A DNA stretch of 64,000 nucleotides from Candidatus Methanophagales archaeon (GTDB lineage Archaea; Halobacteriota; Syntropharchaeia; Alkanophagales; Methanospirareceae), in assembly GCA_017883965.1 (NCBI GenBank), contig JAFNKG010000002.1, forward strand, positions 4,528-68,527, read 5' to 3'. Made by a program: the position numbers and the translations under genes. Below, piece after piece: positions 34,542 through 45,329 of this stretch. Positions within the stretch are counted from its first letter, which is position 1; every line of letters starts with the position of its first letter. Under the pieces are notes generated by a model. That model was not told where the DNA came from. It saw only the letters and a program-made list of their open reading frames with translations, and searched no databases.

Positions 34542-36188
34542 ATGGATTCGTATTATCTGACATTGGTGCTGTACATATTTCTGATTTACTGGCTTATTGT
34601 GGCAGTTCTCAATAGAAAGGGCATTTTGCAGAAATATAATATCTCTGCATTTGGACCTTTTCTGATGATAAGAACGAGAAGGGGGGATAAATTATTGGAG
34701 AGATTGGCAAAAGGAGCGATACGGGAAAGATTTTGGAGGAGCTATGCCAACATCGGCACTGTTTTAGTGCTTATAGCCATGACCTCCATGTCTATTCTCG
34801 TATTACTCGGTGCTTATGCAACGTTTATGGTGCAGCCAGAACCAACGGAGTTACATGAGCCGAGGAATTGGCTGCTTATACCCGGATTAAACGAGTTCAT
34901 ACCTTTGTGCGCCTGGATTGGTTTTGTTGTTGCGTTAGTGGTGCACGAGCTTTCACATGCGATATTGAGTACCGTAGAGAAGATAAAAGTGAAGTCAATG
35001 GGGCTTTTAGTCGCAGTGATACCAATAGGAGCATTCGCAGAGCCTGATAGCGAGCAACTATTTGGCGAAAAAAAGAAAAGAAGCGGTGAAAAGACCATAG
35101 AAGAGAATGAGACGGGTGGAGTGGAAAAGGAAAGAAAGAGAGTAGCAACGGCACGTGAAAGAACTCGCATACTTTCTGCCGGTGTGACGAGCAATTTCTT
35201 CGTGGCGTTAATTGCTTTTTCGCTTTTCTTTGCTATCCTGTACTCCGTTCAGCCTGTCGGCGATACCGTGCTTTATGTTTACAATGTTGCGGGGGGAAGT
35301 CCGGCAGAAAAATTGGGAATAGAATCTGAAACGTTCATCACAATGGTTGATGGTTCAAAGACGAAGAGTGTAGAAGAAATGAATAAAGCGATGGGAGAAA
35401 AAGATGAGATTTTTCTCACTGTATTGAATAAAAAAGGAAAAGAAAGAGAAATAGCAGTGAAAGGGGGTTATGAGAGTGCAGGAGTGGCAATAGCATGGGT
35501 TGAAGAAGGCTTACCCGCAGCTAAAGCGGGTTTAAAGGACGGTATGAGCATTACAAGGATGGATAATATGAGCATAAACAGTTATGAGGATTTTCGTGAG
35601 TTCTTGAATCATACCATACCCGGGCAGGTAATAGAAGTGCAAACAAAAGAAAAAACATTTATTGTGGAGTTAGGGGAATGGCCTTACGGTAAGAGAGGAT
35701 ACTTAGGCGTTTTCATTGCAAATAACCCTTTAGGAATGGCAGTAATGGAATTTCCCACAAAGGGATACCTGGAATATCTACGGGGCATACCTTCTTCTCT
35801 TGTCTCCCTTTCGCCAGGTGGCTGGTTGCTATTGACAGCAATGCCGGTTTTACCCCTTCCTTTGGGCTTCAGTAGTTTTAATCCTCTTCTCTCTCATTTA
35901 TACGAGCCCGTGGGTGCTGCATCATTCTTAGGTGGTGGTATCTTTATCATTGCCGATGTGCTATTCTGGATAGGCTGGATAAATTTCTACGTTGGACTGT
36001 TTAACTGCCTGCCTGCCATTCCTCTTGACGGTGGCTACGTATTCCGAGAGATGCTGAATCCGGTGTTAAGGATAGGTATAAAGGAGGAGAAGAAAAAAGA
36101 AAGATTTTCAAATACAATCGCTACCATTATCGCAATTTTTATCGCCTCTTCCATCTTTTTCATGTTAGCAGGTCCTCATCTTCTGTAA
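34542..36188 (+). CDS. site-2 protease family (M50) membrane metalloprotease with PDZ domains
   Basis: ~548 aa; HELSHAILS zinc motif in TM helix, two PDZ-like segments, C-terminal TM core with LDGG motif. Confidence 0.7.
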   Translation: MDSYYLTLVLYIFLIYWLIVAVLNRKGILQKYNISAFGPFLMIRTRRGDKLLERLAKGAIRERFWRSYANIGTVLVLIAMTSMSILVLLGAYATFMVQPEPTELHEPRNWLLIPGLNEFIPLCAWIGFVVALVVHELSHAILSTVEKIKVKSMGLLVAVIPIGAFAEPDSEQLFGEKKKRSGEKTIEENETGGVEKERKRVATARERTRILSAGVTSNFFVALIAFSLFFAILYSVQPVGDTVLYVYNVAGGSPAEKLGIESETFITMVDGSKTKSVEEMNKAMGEKDEIFLTVLNKKGKEREIAVKGGYESAGVAIAWVEEGLPAAKAGLKDGMSITRMDNMSINSYEDFREFLNHTIPGQVIEVQTKEKTFIVELGEWPYGKRGYLGVFIANNPLGMAVMEFPTKGYLEYLRGIPSSLVSLSPGGWLLLTAMPVLPLPLGFSSFNPLLSHLYEPVGAASFLGGGIFIIADVLFWIGWINFYVGLFNCLPAIPLDGGYVFREMLNPVLRIGIKEEKKKERFSNTIATIIAIFIASSIFFMLAGPHLL

Positions 36189-36200
36189 GGAACTAAGGTA

Positions 36201-36288
36201 GTACTTGTTTACCACTGAGCCCGCAGAGAACACAGAGAGTTAGAAAAACCATTTATCTCATCTCAGCGCTCTCCGTGATCTCGGCGGT
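36201..36288 (-). repeat. ~100-bp intergenic repeat family, copy C (inverted)
   Basis: Reverse complement ccgccgagatcacggagagcgctgagatgagataaatggtttttctaactctctgtgttctctgcgggctcagtggtaaacaagta matches 1858-1956 and 45160-45266. Confidence 0.6.
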
Positions 36289-36343
36289 AATAAACCATCA
36301 AAAGTTCCGTATTGAAATTTAAGATTTAGAGGTTGGGATTTAT

Positions 36344-37009
36344 CTACATCCCGCTCCTTATGCCAATCGCCTTTCTTATCACTTGCGTTATTGGTATCGA
36401 GCATATCATATACCAGAGTATCCAGTAAGGCATTCTCAAACGGATTATAAAAAACTCCGAAAGTTCCTTCGCACCTACTAAAGGAAAAATCACCGCTCCG
36501 CCAGAGTATGTTCCCACATGTCCCCACATCCACATGAATATGGGTATAGTGATAATCATAATGTAAATCATGGGCTTCATTTGCTGCCTCATCATCTCAC
36601 CGGAAAATTGTGTTTGCTTTCGCATCACTTCTGCCCTCTTTTTTTCTATTTTCTTTAGCCTATGCTTGTTGTTCTCCTTTTTCGCTTCCATGTACTCCTT
36701 TTGAAGCTCTCTTATCTGCTTTTGATACTCCTTCGACTTCGCTATTAGCTCCCAGTTCATTGTGTATTTTTGGATTACCGAAGTATAGATACCTGTAATA
36801 ACAGATAGGATGAGGATGGTGAGTAAAAAATTATCAACGAAAGCAGCGAGAGGACCAAGAACGACGTCCAGAGCATTGCCCATTCCTTCTCGTTGTCCGG
36901 GGATTATCATAATTAACAAGACGAAAAAACCTAAACCCATAGCTGCTCCTTCTACGAGCCTTTTCACCTGCTCTTTCTTTCGCTGTATTACTCTCTCTTT
37001 CTTTACCAT
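36344..37009 (-). CDS. DUF106-family membrane protein (archaeal YidC/Oxa1-like insertase candidate)
   Basis: 221 aa; 3 TM helices with long coiled-coil cytoplasmic loop rich in K/E (QKEYMEAKKENNKHRLKKIEKKRAE). Confidence 0.4.
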   Translation of the reverse strand: MVKKERVIQRKKEQVKRLVEGAAMGLGFFVLLIMIIPGQREGMGNALDVVLGPLAAFVDNFLLTILILSVITGIYTSVIQKYTMNWELIAKSKEYQKQIRELQKEYMEAKKENNKHRLKKIEKKRAEVMRKQTQFSGEMMRQQMKPMIYIMIITIPIFMWMWGHVGTYSGGAVIFPLVGAKELSEFFIIRLRMPYWILWYMICSIPITQVIRKAIGIRSGM

Positions 37010-37065
37010 CTTCCCCTTCGGAAATAAATTTGAAGCGCATATACTTAAACTTTTACTGTAATGTG

Positions 37066-37109
37066 ATTGCTCAATATCTTGTGGTAGAAATTAGGATTTA
37101 GGATTTTCC
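37066..37109 (-). repeat. fragment related to MITE-like element at 48586-48815 (AAATCCT repeats joined to cacaagatattgagcaat)
   Basis: Reverse complement ggaaaatcctaaatcctaatttctaccacaagatattgagcaat matches the left-TIR and right-flank sequences of the 48.6-kb element. Confidence 0.5.
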
Positions 37110-37574
37110 ACCTCTTATTGAGCATGTACCTTCCTTCTCCCTTTTCTTCTTCTCCAGCGCCAATTCGTATATAGCACGTGTCAGTGCACGGCACTGAGTT
37201 GAAGGGTTCCCTCTCTTCGTGATGTATCGCTCCGCGCCCTTCTTTAAAGCTTCTTTTGCTACTTCTGCTCCACCCTTACCAGTGAAGATGATAAAGGGCA
37301 CATCCGCATATTTGTCTCCTTTTCTCACCGCGTCCAAAAGTTCTATTCCATCCATCCCCGGCATCTTGTAATCAGAAACAACGACATCGAACTCCTCTGT
37401 TTCAAGTTTTTCCAGTGCTTCCTCTGCCGAAAGCACGCTGACAATATCAAAATCGCCTTTCACTACCCTTTTCACGAATACTCTCGTTATCGCCAGCTGC
37501 GCCGGCTCGTCATCCACATGCAAAACTCGTATCGGCCTCGAGTCTATATGCTTGGGCTGAAAATCATTTATCAT
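37098..37574 (-). CDS. response regulator (CheY-like receiver domain)
   Basis: 158 aa; LHVDDEP, DYKMPGMDG, FIIFTGKG receiver signature. Confidence 0.75.
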   Translation of the reverse strand: MINDFQPKHIDSRPIRVLHVDDEPAQLAITRVFVKRVVKGDFDIVSVLSAEEALEKLETEEFDVVVSDYKMPGMDGIELLDAVRKGDKYADVPFIIFTGKGGAEVAKEALKKGAERYITKRGNPSTQCRALTRAIYELALEKKKREKEGTCSIRGGKS

Positions 37575-37664
37575 TAGTTATTTATAATTCGTAAGATTAA
37601 TATAAAAGTGTTACTTTATCATATTCGGATTTCTGATTTCTGCCCTCAAGATTTTTAGCAATTA

Positions 37665-39545
37665 CTAAATAAGCACCGCCACCTCTTTACTACTCATCAC
37701 ATTTACTTCCCGCTCCAACTGATGCAACTCAACCTCACTCAATGTTAGCGCATCGAATGGAATTATCAAGCGACACTTGCTTGTCGTGACGAGGTCTGTC
37801 ACCGATTCGACGAACCGAAGAACAACCTCAAATCCGTTCTGGTCAATGAGATATTCTAAACCTTCCAGCATGATTACGCTCTCAACTTCATTTTCCACAA
37901 ATTCTTTTACTGCTATGCTCAACTGTGTTATATTTGTTGGAACAATGCATTTTTCTTCCTGGATATGTGTTAGCCAGATTATCGGGACATCCACATCCTT
38001 TATATTGTATTCCTCGTGAATGTGCGATGGATGAATCCTTGAAATGAGCAGCCCTTTAAACTCGTATTCAATCAGTTTGCCGAACAATTTGAAACTCGTA
38101 TCAGGTTTTTCCTCAGTGATTAAATAGCATTTTCCTTGCTTGAATAATCTATGCAACGCAGGTAGCTCAAGTTTTTTTACTCTTTTTTCCGCACGTTCAC
38201 GCTCGCGGATTTCTCGTTTCAGTCCTTCGTTTGCTTTTAACAGTTCGGCGGTGCGTTCCTTTACTCGAAGTTCCAGTTCGTCATGTGCTTTTCGCAGCGC
38301 CTCCTCCGCTCGCTTACGCTCAGTGATGTCGCGGGCGAAAATAGCCAGCCGTTCTACCTTTCCTTGCGCATCAAAGACCGGATAAACACAGTGATCAAGA
38401 ACCATTCCTTCATGCTCGTCCTCGAAGCAAACAGACTCACCTGAACGAATGACCTCATCAACTCGTGCCTTTCTGGATTCTGCCAGAGCAGGTGAGAGAA
38501 AGTCATAAATAAACGTGCCGATAAGTTCATCTGCACTCCTGCCAAGTCTCTTTGCCGCTACTTCGTTTGTGGCAAGAATGCTCCCCTCGTCTGTTATTAG
38601 CATCGCCGATTCTGTGGGGGCGTTCAGCAGTGCCCGTGCCGTCTCCTCACTTTCCCGCAGCGACTCCTCCACCCGCTTCCGCTCCTCTTCCTGCTCTATA
38701 TTGCGCATGGCGAATGCGATGTCGTCAGCTACCTCACGAAACAGCAATTGCTCATCAGCAGCAGTTGCCATCTCGACAGGGGTGGAAACGGATAGGATGC
38801 CCTGGACACGAGCACCTTGTTCCATGCGAACTGCCATGCACGCCCTGCCGATGCAAGTTTCCGCTAACGGGCAATCGGCACAGGTATCAGCGACGTCCTC
38901 GACTATCACGATGTCGGATTGCTTAAGTGCATTCTGCCCGCACCGGGTGAACTCGCCTCGCTTCATCTTCTCGACGACGGTGGAGAAACTCTTCCCATGT
39001 CCCGCCCCGGCAGCGGTTAAGAATCCATTGTTTTCGTCCACGAGGGCAATCCACGCGCTGTAGTATCCTCTGGTCTCGATGAGCGTCTCGCATACACCCT
39101 GAATCATACGGTCCCTGTCCTTCTCTATCGCCATGAGTTGGTTGACGTCTCGTATAGCGCGCAGGACGGCATTGAGATGGGTAGTCCTCGCCTCCGCCGC
39201 CGCAATCCGCTCACTTAACGCAGCAACTACAAAGGCAATAACGATAAACATAATAGCCCGGAGATAATCATTAAGATTCATCACCGCTTCTCTAATAAAA
39301 ATGTGGCTGCAAATCAGCATTGCCGCTAAAAATATTGCCACCACCAAACCTTTTCTTTTCCACCAAAGACATGCTAAAATAATCGGAGTATAGAAGAAGT
39401 GTGTAAAAACCCTGCCGGTTCCAAGCACCGCATGAAAATAATACGTGAGAAGGCAAGCGACAACTAAAAGGATAGCCATTACCGCAATATTGTATTTTTC
39501 TTCTAGTCCCTCAAATTTTATTCCCTTGATGTTGCCCCCCCACAT
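37665..39545 (-). CDS. membrane sensor protein: N-terminal TM sensor domain + GAF + PAS + C-terminal DUF835
   Basis: 626 aa; N-terminal TM block shared with HK at 43043; GAF and PAS-like segments; C-terminal ...YLITEEKPDTSFKLF...PIIWLTH...MLEGLEYLIDQNGFEVVLRFVESVTDLV matches DUF835; no HisKA/HATPase. Confidence 0.6.
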   Translation of the reverse strand: MWGGNIKGIKFEGLEEKYNIAVMAILLVVACLLTYYFHAVLGTGRVFTHFFYTPIILACLWWKRKGLVVAIFLAAMLICSHIFIREAVMNLNDYLRAIMFIVIAFVVAALSERIAAAEARTTHLNAVLRAIRDVNQLMAIEKDRDRMIQGVCETLIETRGYYSAWIALVDENNGFLTAAGAGHGKSFSTVVEKMKRGEFTRCGQNALKQSDIVIVEDVADTCADCPLAETCIGRACMAVRMEQGARVQGILSVSTPVEMATAADEQLLFREVADDIAFAMRNIEQEEERKRVEESLRESEETARALLNAPTESAMLITDEGSILATNEVAAKRLGRSADELIGTFIYDFLSPALAESRKARVDEVIRSGESVCFEDEHEGMVLDHCVYPVFDAQGKVERLAIFARDITERKRAEEALRKAHDELELRVKERTAELLKANEGLKREIRERERAEKRVKKLELPALHRLFKQGKCYLITEEKPDTSFKLFGKLIEYEFKGLLISRIHPSHIHEEYNIKDVDVPIIWLTHIQEEKCIVPTNITQLSIAVKEFVENEVESVIMLEGLEYLIDQNGFEVVLRFVESVTDLVTTSKCRLIIPFDALTLSEVELHQLEREVNVMSSKEVAVLI

Positions 39546-39665
39546 GATTTTTGGAAATCTCTAATTTTCCCAGTTGATGAAACCCATATATAAAACTTTC
39601 GGTTACTATTCATTATGCACGTTCATATAGGCTAATATCCTCTGAAATATTCTCACATATTAATA

Positions 39666-40055
39666 TTACATATTAATTGCTTTCTCTATTGCATCCATCA
39701 TCCTTGTTATGGTAAACGGCTTTTCTATGAAATCTACAACCTGTTGCGAAGCAAACAAACCTTCTTCCTCCGCCTCCGGCAGATGAACCGCCGTCATAAA
39801 TATAATCTTTACCGTTGATAATTTACTGTCTTTTTCTATTGCTCTTAATATCTCCTTGGTCGTCAATCCCGGCATCATTATGTCCAGCAGTATAACATCA
39901 GGAATTATGTCCTTTAATTTGTCTAGGCACTCCTGCCCATCCTTTGCTTTTATTGTTTTAAAATCGTTCGCTTCTAAAATTTGCGCTATCTTGTTCAACA
40001 CATCCGGTTCATCATCTACAATCATAACCGTTTTAGTTTCAGCCTCCCTGGTCAT
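39666..40055 (-). CDS. single-domain response regulator (CheY-like)
   Basis: 129 aa; IVDDEPD, DIMMPGL, IIFMTA motifs. Confidence 0.75.
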   Translation of the reverse strand: MTREAETKTVMIVDDEPDVLNKIAQILEANDFKTIKAKDGQECLDKLKDIIPDVILLDIMMPGLTTKEILRAIEKDSKLSTVKIIFMTAVHLPEAEEEGLFASQQVVDFIEKPFTITRMMDAIEKAINM

Positions 40056-40372
40056 TGTTTCTCACTACTATAATTGGTTTGTATAGCGTGATAAAAATAC
40101 CAAGCACCAAATCCCAAAATCCGACGATATCAAATATCAAAATCATAAAAGATTTTCGGTTCATTGTTTGATATAGTGAATATTTAGAATTAAGAAGAAA
40201 CGGAAAAGAAAATATATGCAACAATTTTTTCAAATATTGATAATTCTTTTTTCAAAGGTTTGGAATTTTTCTTATTGAGTTAGAAAAATTTATATGTATC
40301 ATTAATAAACACCTTATTCATGGTTACCATGAAGGGTTACCATGAGAGGAGACAGCAAGTGGGGAGGTAAAA

Positions 40373-40654
40373 ATGGAAGAAAAGAAAGAGAGAACATGGA
40401 CATGGCTAATGCCAAGTGGGAAAACATGTAAAGTAGTGACGAACCCAGAGAGCGGAACAGTAAAAGTCTATGACCAAAACGGAAAGTTGGTGAGGAAAGA
40501 GGAAAAACTGAGCGAAGAGGCAGTAAGCATCATTGAGAAAGACTTTCTCGAAATCACGACAGCAAAAGTGAAGGAGAAGGAGAAAGGAACGGAAACGGAA
40601 ATGGGAAATGGAACCAAAAACGAGCTCCTTGAGACCGAGATGTATATCAGATAA
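40373..40654 (+). CDS. conserved small protein, W-x-W-x-MPSG family (paralog B)
   Basis: 93 aa; see 24095-24376; immediately upstream of the MCP gene. Confidence 0.5.
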   Translation: MEEKKERTWTWLMPSGKTCKVVTNPESGTVKVYDQNGKLVRKEEKLSEEAVSIIEKDFLEITTAKVKEKEKGTETEMGNGTKNELLETEMYIR

Positions 40655-40686
40655 AAAAAACCAAAAAGGAGGTGAAATGCGAAAAA

Positions 40687-42846
40687 ATGAACTTGGGAAA
40701 CATGAAACTTGGACCGAGATTGTTTGGTGCTTTTGGTGTCGTGCTGATATTGACAGCAGCGCTGGGAATGGTTGCATTTATGCAAATAAGCGCCATGCAA
40801 GAGCAAACCGATTTGATGGACAAAGCGATAGACCTGAAGGTGGAAATGAAAACGGTCAGGCAGCAGGAAAAGAATTATATAATGCGAGTGGACCAGGCGA
40901 GCATTGACAATACCAATGCCGCCGTGGCGAAAGTAAAGAGCCTGACAACTGAGCTCTCAGGAATGGTGAAAACTGTGGAAGGCAAAACGGCAATAGAGGA
41001 AGCCAAGGCAACGATTCCGAAGTATGAGAGTGCCTTCGCTGAGCTTCAGACACTTACAAACACCAAAGCTGAACAATTAGCGACCTGTGAAGCTCACGCA
41101 CGGGATATAGAGAGTGTGATAAAAGGCAGTTCCGCCGACCAGGCGACCGAAGATAAACTGATGATTAATCTGCTAACTATCAGGCGAGCGGAAAAGAACT
41201 TCGTCGCAAGGGAAGACGACCAATACGTTACACAGGTGTCTGACGAGGTAAACGCGTTGAAGGCAGATGCCGATGCCGCGGCGATTACGGGTGCGGAAAA
41301 GAGCGCAATCAAAAGTGCGGCAGATACGTACCTGAAGGACTTCAATGCATACGTGAGCACGACGAAAGACTTTGCTGATATTCAGTCTACGGACGGTCCG
41401 CTGGTGCAGTCAGGACGTGGTATAGATGCTGCAGCAACCAGTCTGCTTGCGAATGCAAAGGCAGGATCGGCAAAGGCAGCTTCAACCGCCACTATGTTCG
41501 TGATAGCATTTATTGTCGCAGCGATTGCAGTCGGCGTAGGGGTTGCCATTACCATTACCCGGGCAATCGTCGGACCAGTTACTGACGTGGTAAAAGTCGT
41601 GAAGGATTTCGCAACAGGTAAACTCGGCACCAGAGCGGAAACAAAAGCACTTGGCGAGCTCCTGGAAATGCGCGACACCCTGAACCAGTTCGGAGATGAG
41701 TTGCAGGGTATTATCCAGGACGTCGGTAAAGTAACGGGAGACATGGCAGCAGGGGACTTGAGCACCGATTTCACTGCCAAGACACCCGGGGAATTCAATG
41801 CGATACGAGACAACCTCAACCAGGCTAACGAGAGTTTATCGGATTTAATCTCAGAGCTACGAAGCGCAGTGGATAACGTCGCAGGGGTAGGCAAAGAATC
41901 TGCTTCTTCTGTACAGCAGGTGAATTCCGGTATGCAGCAGATTTCTTCTGCATCGCAGCAAATAGCAAAGGGCTCTCAGGAAACTTCTAACACCGTTAAC
42001 GAATCGGCAAAGGAGGTTAAGGAGACGAACGCAGTGTTACAGCAGATGCAGTCTAATGCAGAGGAATCAAATAAGTTCGCCGAGGAGAGTGCGGAAAGCG
42101 CAAAAGAGATGAATGAAGTGGCTACGAAATCGTCAGAGGGTATGAAGGAGATACAGGATGCAATCGCAGGTGCCGTGGAGGTAATAAAGAACCTGGGCGG
42201 TTCGATAGAGCAAATAGGACAGACTACAGAGATGATAGAAAGCATTGCAGACCAGACGAATCTATTGGCTTTGAACGCCGCGATAGAAGCTGCACGTGCC
42301 GGAGAACATGGACGGGGCTTTGCCGTCGTTGCCGAAGAAGTTAGAAAACTGGCAGAGAACTCGAAGAAGTCAACCGCAGAGATAGATACAATGATAAAGA
42401 GCTTGCAGGAGGAGATGGAGAAAGTGATGAATGCCACAGAAGCCATCACGCAGCGTGCCGAGGTAGGTCGTGAAGACCTCGAAAAAGTGGTAGAGAGCGT
42501 AGAAAAAACCTCTGGTATGATTGATGACATCAAGAACAGGATGGCGCAAATTACTGATGGTGCGAGAAAAGGTGCGGAGAGCATGGAAAGAGTATCGAAG
42601 GGCGTGGACGAGATTGCGAGCTCTGCGGAACAGGCGGCATCGTCGTCAGAAGAGAGCTCTTCTGCCGTAGAAGAGCAAACGGCAGCCGTAGAACAGCTCA
42701 GCGGTGGTATCCAGAAACTTTCGGAAATCTCTGAACAAGCAGCAGAGATGATTGCGAAATTTAAACTGAAGGCGGGCATGGGTAAGAGACAGGAAATCGA
42801 AAGCGCTGCTGAAAAACAGGAAGTTGCAAGCGCTGAAGAAGAGTAA
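40687..42846 (+). CDS. methyl-accepting chemotaxis protein
   Basis: ~719 aa from MNLGNM (RBS aaggaggtg upstream; GTG at 40672 also possible); two TM, HAMP, MCP signalling domain with [33 protein letters not shown]. Confidence 0.85.
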   Translation: MNLGNMKLGPRLFGAFGVVLILTAALGMVAFMQISAMQEQTDLMDKAIDLKVEMKTVRQQEKNYIMRVDQASIDNTNAAVAKVKSLTTELSGMVKTVEGKTAIEEAKATIPKYESAFAELQTLTNTKAEQLATCEAHARDIESVIKGSSADQATEDKLMINLLTIRRAEKNFVAREDDQYVTQVSDEVNALKADADAAAITGAEKSAIKSAADTYLKDFNAYVSTTKDFADIQSTDGPLVQSGRGIDAAATSLLANAKAGSAKAASTATMFVIAFIVAAIAVGVGVAITITRAIVGPVTDVVKVVKDFATGKLGTRAETKALGELLEMRDTLNQFGDELQGIIQDVGKVTGDMAAGDLSTDFTAKTPGEFNAIRDNLNQANESLSDLISELRSAVDNVAGVGKESASSVQQVNSGMQQISSASQQIAKGSQETSNTVNESAKEVKETNAVLQQMQSNAEESNKFAEESAESAKEMNEVATKSSEGMKEIQDAIAGAVEVIKNLGGSIEQIGQTTEMIESIADQTNLLALNAAIEAARAGEHGRGFAVVAEEVRKLAENSKKSTAEIDTMIKSLQEEMEKVMNATEAITQRAEVGREDLEKVVESVEKTSGMIDDIKNRMAQITDGARKGAESMERVSKGVDEIASSAEQAASSSEESSSAVEEQTAAVEQLSGGIQKLSEISEQAAEMIAKFKLKAGMGKRQEIESAAEKQEVASAEEE

Positions 42847-43042
42847 AGAGGCGTCATACCTCTTTTCTCTTCTTTTTTTTATTTGCTATACTGAATTGAT
42901 ACTGCACGTGAAACGGAAGTTGTCAGAAGGGAGCGTAAAATTGACCCATTAAGGGGTAAGGGTATTTAAATAAGTTTGCTGTATAATTATAATATTATCA
43001 TAGTATTATCATAAAAGATAACCGAACGAAAAGGAAGAGGTA

Positions 43043-44122
43043 ATGGTTGAATCAAATGAAAAATATAAAATTCTGGTAATGGCTATCTTTTTAGCTGGCG
43101 CTTGCTATCTCACTTATTATTTTCACGTGGTAGTTGAAACCGACACTGTTTTTACTCACTTCTTTTATATTCCTATTATCTTAGCATCAATGTGGTGGAG
43201 AAGAAAAGGTTTAGCGGTGGCAATATTTTTAGCGGTATTCCTGATTTTCAGCCACTTTTTTATCAGACCGAATGTGGAGACTATTAATGATTTGATTCGC
43301 GCTCCCATGTTTATAGCTGTTGCCCTGGTGACTGCTATTTTGAGTGAGAGGATTGCGAAGGTGGAGGAACTAAAAGCAAAAGAGACGCAGCTTATTCATG
43401 CCGGGAGACTCTCTTCTCTTGGAGAGATGGCTACTGCAATAGCTCATGAGATAAACCAGCCTTTGTCCGTAATCTCCATGGCTGCGGAAAGCACGTTACG
43501 GGATGTAGAGAAAAAACGAGTTGATGTGAGTGCGCTTCCAAAAGACTTAGAAGATATAATGAGGAACGTAAAGCGAATTGACCGGATTATCACACACATG
43601 CGAACTTTTGCGAGGAAAACAGAGGAAAAGCGAGTAGTAAAGCCTGAAGAAGTGCTGAATAATGCTTTTAGCTTACTTGATGAGCAGTTCCGAGTGCACG
43701 GCATTTCGGTTTCTCGTAAAATAGAGGAAAATTTGCCTCTCATCGAGGTAGACCCAAATCAACTGGAGCAGGTATTTATAAACATCCTGACGAATGCGAG
43801 GCAGGTATTGGATGAGCGAGGCGAAGAAGCAAAAAGAGAAGGCAAGAGTTTTCAAAAACAATTAGGATGCAATATCTCAAGACAGAACAATAAGATAGTA
43901 TTTGAATTTGCAGACAATGCTTATGGCGTGCCGGATGAGCTAAAAACAAGAGTATTCGAGCCTTTCTTCACTACAAAAGAATCAAGTGAAGGCACTGGTT
44001 TAGGCCTTTCTATTGCATACGGCATTGTAACTCGTTCGCTGGGTGGGAAGATATGGATAGAAGATAATGCAGCAGGAGGAGCGAGTTTTATGGTGGCGCT
44101 GACGATAGGGAATAGAAAATAG
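43043..44122 (+). CDS. sensor histidine kinase
   Basis: 359 aa; N-terminal TM sensor domain paralogous to 37665-39545; HisKA H-box IAHEINQPL; HATPase_c N, G1 (FEFADNAYGVPDE), G2 (GTGLGLSIA) boxes. Confidence 0.8.
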   Translation: MVESNEKYKILVMAIFLAGACYLTYYFHVVVETDTVFTHFFYIPIILASMWWRRKGLAVAIFLAVFLIFSHFFIRPNVETINDLIRAPMFIAVALVTAILSERIAKVEELKAKETQLIHAGRLSSLGEMATAIAHEINQPLSVISMAAESTLRDVEKKRVDVSALPKDLEDIMRNVKRIDRIITHMRTFARKTEEKRVVKPEEVLNNAFSLLDEQFRVHGISVSRKIEENLPLIEVDPNQLEQVFINILTNARQVLDERGEEAKREGKSFQKQLGCNISRQNNKIVFEFADNAYGVPDELKTRVFEPFFTTKESSEGTGLGLSIAYGIVTRSLGGKIWIEDNAAGGASFMVALTIGNRK

Positions 44123-44252
44123 GGAATAGAGAATAGAAAACAGAGAATAGAGGTGGAGGGGAGAGAGAGATGGGGAGAATAAAGTCTTGCAAGGACCTTA
44201 AAGTTTATAACAAGGCTTTTGAGCTGGCTATGCAAATTTTCGAAATGACATT

Positions 44253-45128
44253 ATGAAGCTAAAAGAAGCTTTAAAGGAGGTATTAGCTGAAAACGAGCTA
44301 ACTAAGCTGATAAAATCTTACGACATCATCGGTGATATAATCATCATAAAGCTTCATCCGGAATTGGAATCGAAGAGTGAGATTATTGCAGAAGCACTCC
44401 GCATGATTTATCCACGAGTGAGAACCATCGCCGCTGTTCCTCTTTACGCTCATACAGAGGTGCTATACAGAACAAGGGACTTAGAAGTGATTTGGGGAGA
44501 TGAGAACACGGAAACTACGCATAAAGAGTGCGGATGCATATTCAAAGTAAACCTCAAACACGTTTTCTTCTCTCCACGGCTCTCTTACGAGAGGATACGA
44601 GTTGCCAAAAAAGTTTTACCGTGCGAAACGATAATAAACATGTTTTCAGGTGCAGGCTGCTTCTCTATTCTCATAGCGAAGATGCAACCGCAAACGAAGA
44701 TTTATTCCATTGATGTGAATCCTTATGCGGTTGAATACATGAAGGAGAACGTGGCGTTGAACAGGGTGGAAGGAAGGGTGATACCTATTCTCGGAGATGC
44801 GAGAGAAGAACTGGAGAAGTTAGAAGGCGTTGCAGACCGTGTGCTCATGCCGTTGCCCGAAGAAGCGCATTCTTTTCTGCCTTTAGCAGTAAGGGCATTG
44901 AATTTGGATAAAGAAGTGGCAAGAGGCGTGATACATTATTATGACGTTGCTACGGGAAGAAAAGATGATGATTTATTTAATGCGCCCTTAGAGAGGGCAA
45001 GAGATATTATCTCTTCTGCTTTCGGTGACTCATTAAGAATAGAAGTGGAAGAGAAGAGGATTGTGCGTTCTGTTGCACCACGGAAATATCATGTGGTTCT
45101 GGATTTGCGTGTCGTTGCGTTGAAATGA
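44253..45128 (+). CDS. class I SAM-dependent tRNA methyltransferase, Trm5/TYW2 family
   Basis: 291 aa; MFSGAGCFSI SAM motif I, DVNPYAVEY, NLPE-like region; archaeal Trm5/Taw architecture. Confidence 0.65.
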   Translation: MKLKEALKEVLAENELTKLIKSYDIIGDIIIIKLHPELESKSEIIAEALRMIYPRVRTIAAVPLYAHTEVLYRTRDLEVIWGDENTETTHKECGCIFKVNLKHVFFSPRLSYERIRVAKKVLPCETIINMFSGAGCFSILIAKMQPQTKIYSIDVNPYAVEYMKENVALNRVEGRVIPILGDAREELEKLEGVADRVLMPLPEEAHSFLPLAVRALNLDKEVARGVIHYYDVATGRKDDDLFNAPLERARDIISSAFGDSLRIEVEEKRIVRSVAPRKYHVVLDLRVVALK

Positions 45129-45159
45129 AGAACATCGAAATGTTTTTTATTTGTTCACC

Positions 45160-45266
45160 GCCGAGATCGAGGAGAGCGCTGAGATGACGAAAAAAGAGGG
45201 ACTCAACAGGATAATTGATTTTTCTGACTCTCTGTGTTCTCTGGGTGCTCAGCGGTAAACAAGTAT
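45160..45266 (+). repeat. ~100-bp intergenic repeat family, copy B (with ~25-bp internal insertion)
   Basis: ccgccgagatcgaggagagcgctgagatgacgaaaaaagagggactcaacaggataattgatttttctgactctctgtgttctctgggtgctcagcggtaaacaagta. Confidence 0.6.
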
Positions 45267-45329
45267 GCTTTTTTATATTGTTTCGTCACTTTTAATAAAT
45301 GTGTTATCTATTTGAAGGAGATGGTATAG

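Noticed and set aside
44100-44160. GAATAGA(A/G)AA tandem repeats at the 3' end of the histidine kinase gene
   Set aside because: Short purine-rich microsatellite overlapping the stop codon region; no spacer structure, no CRISPR features; probably a trivial slippage tract.
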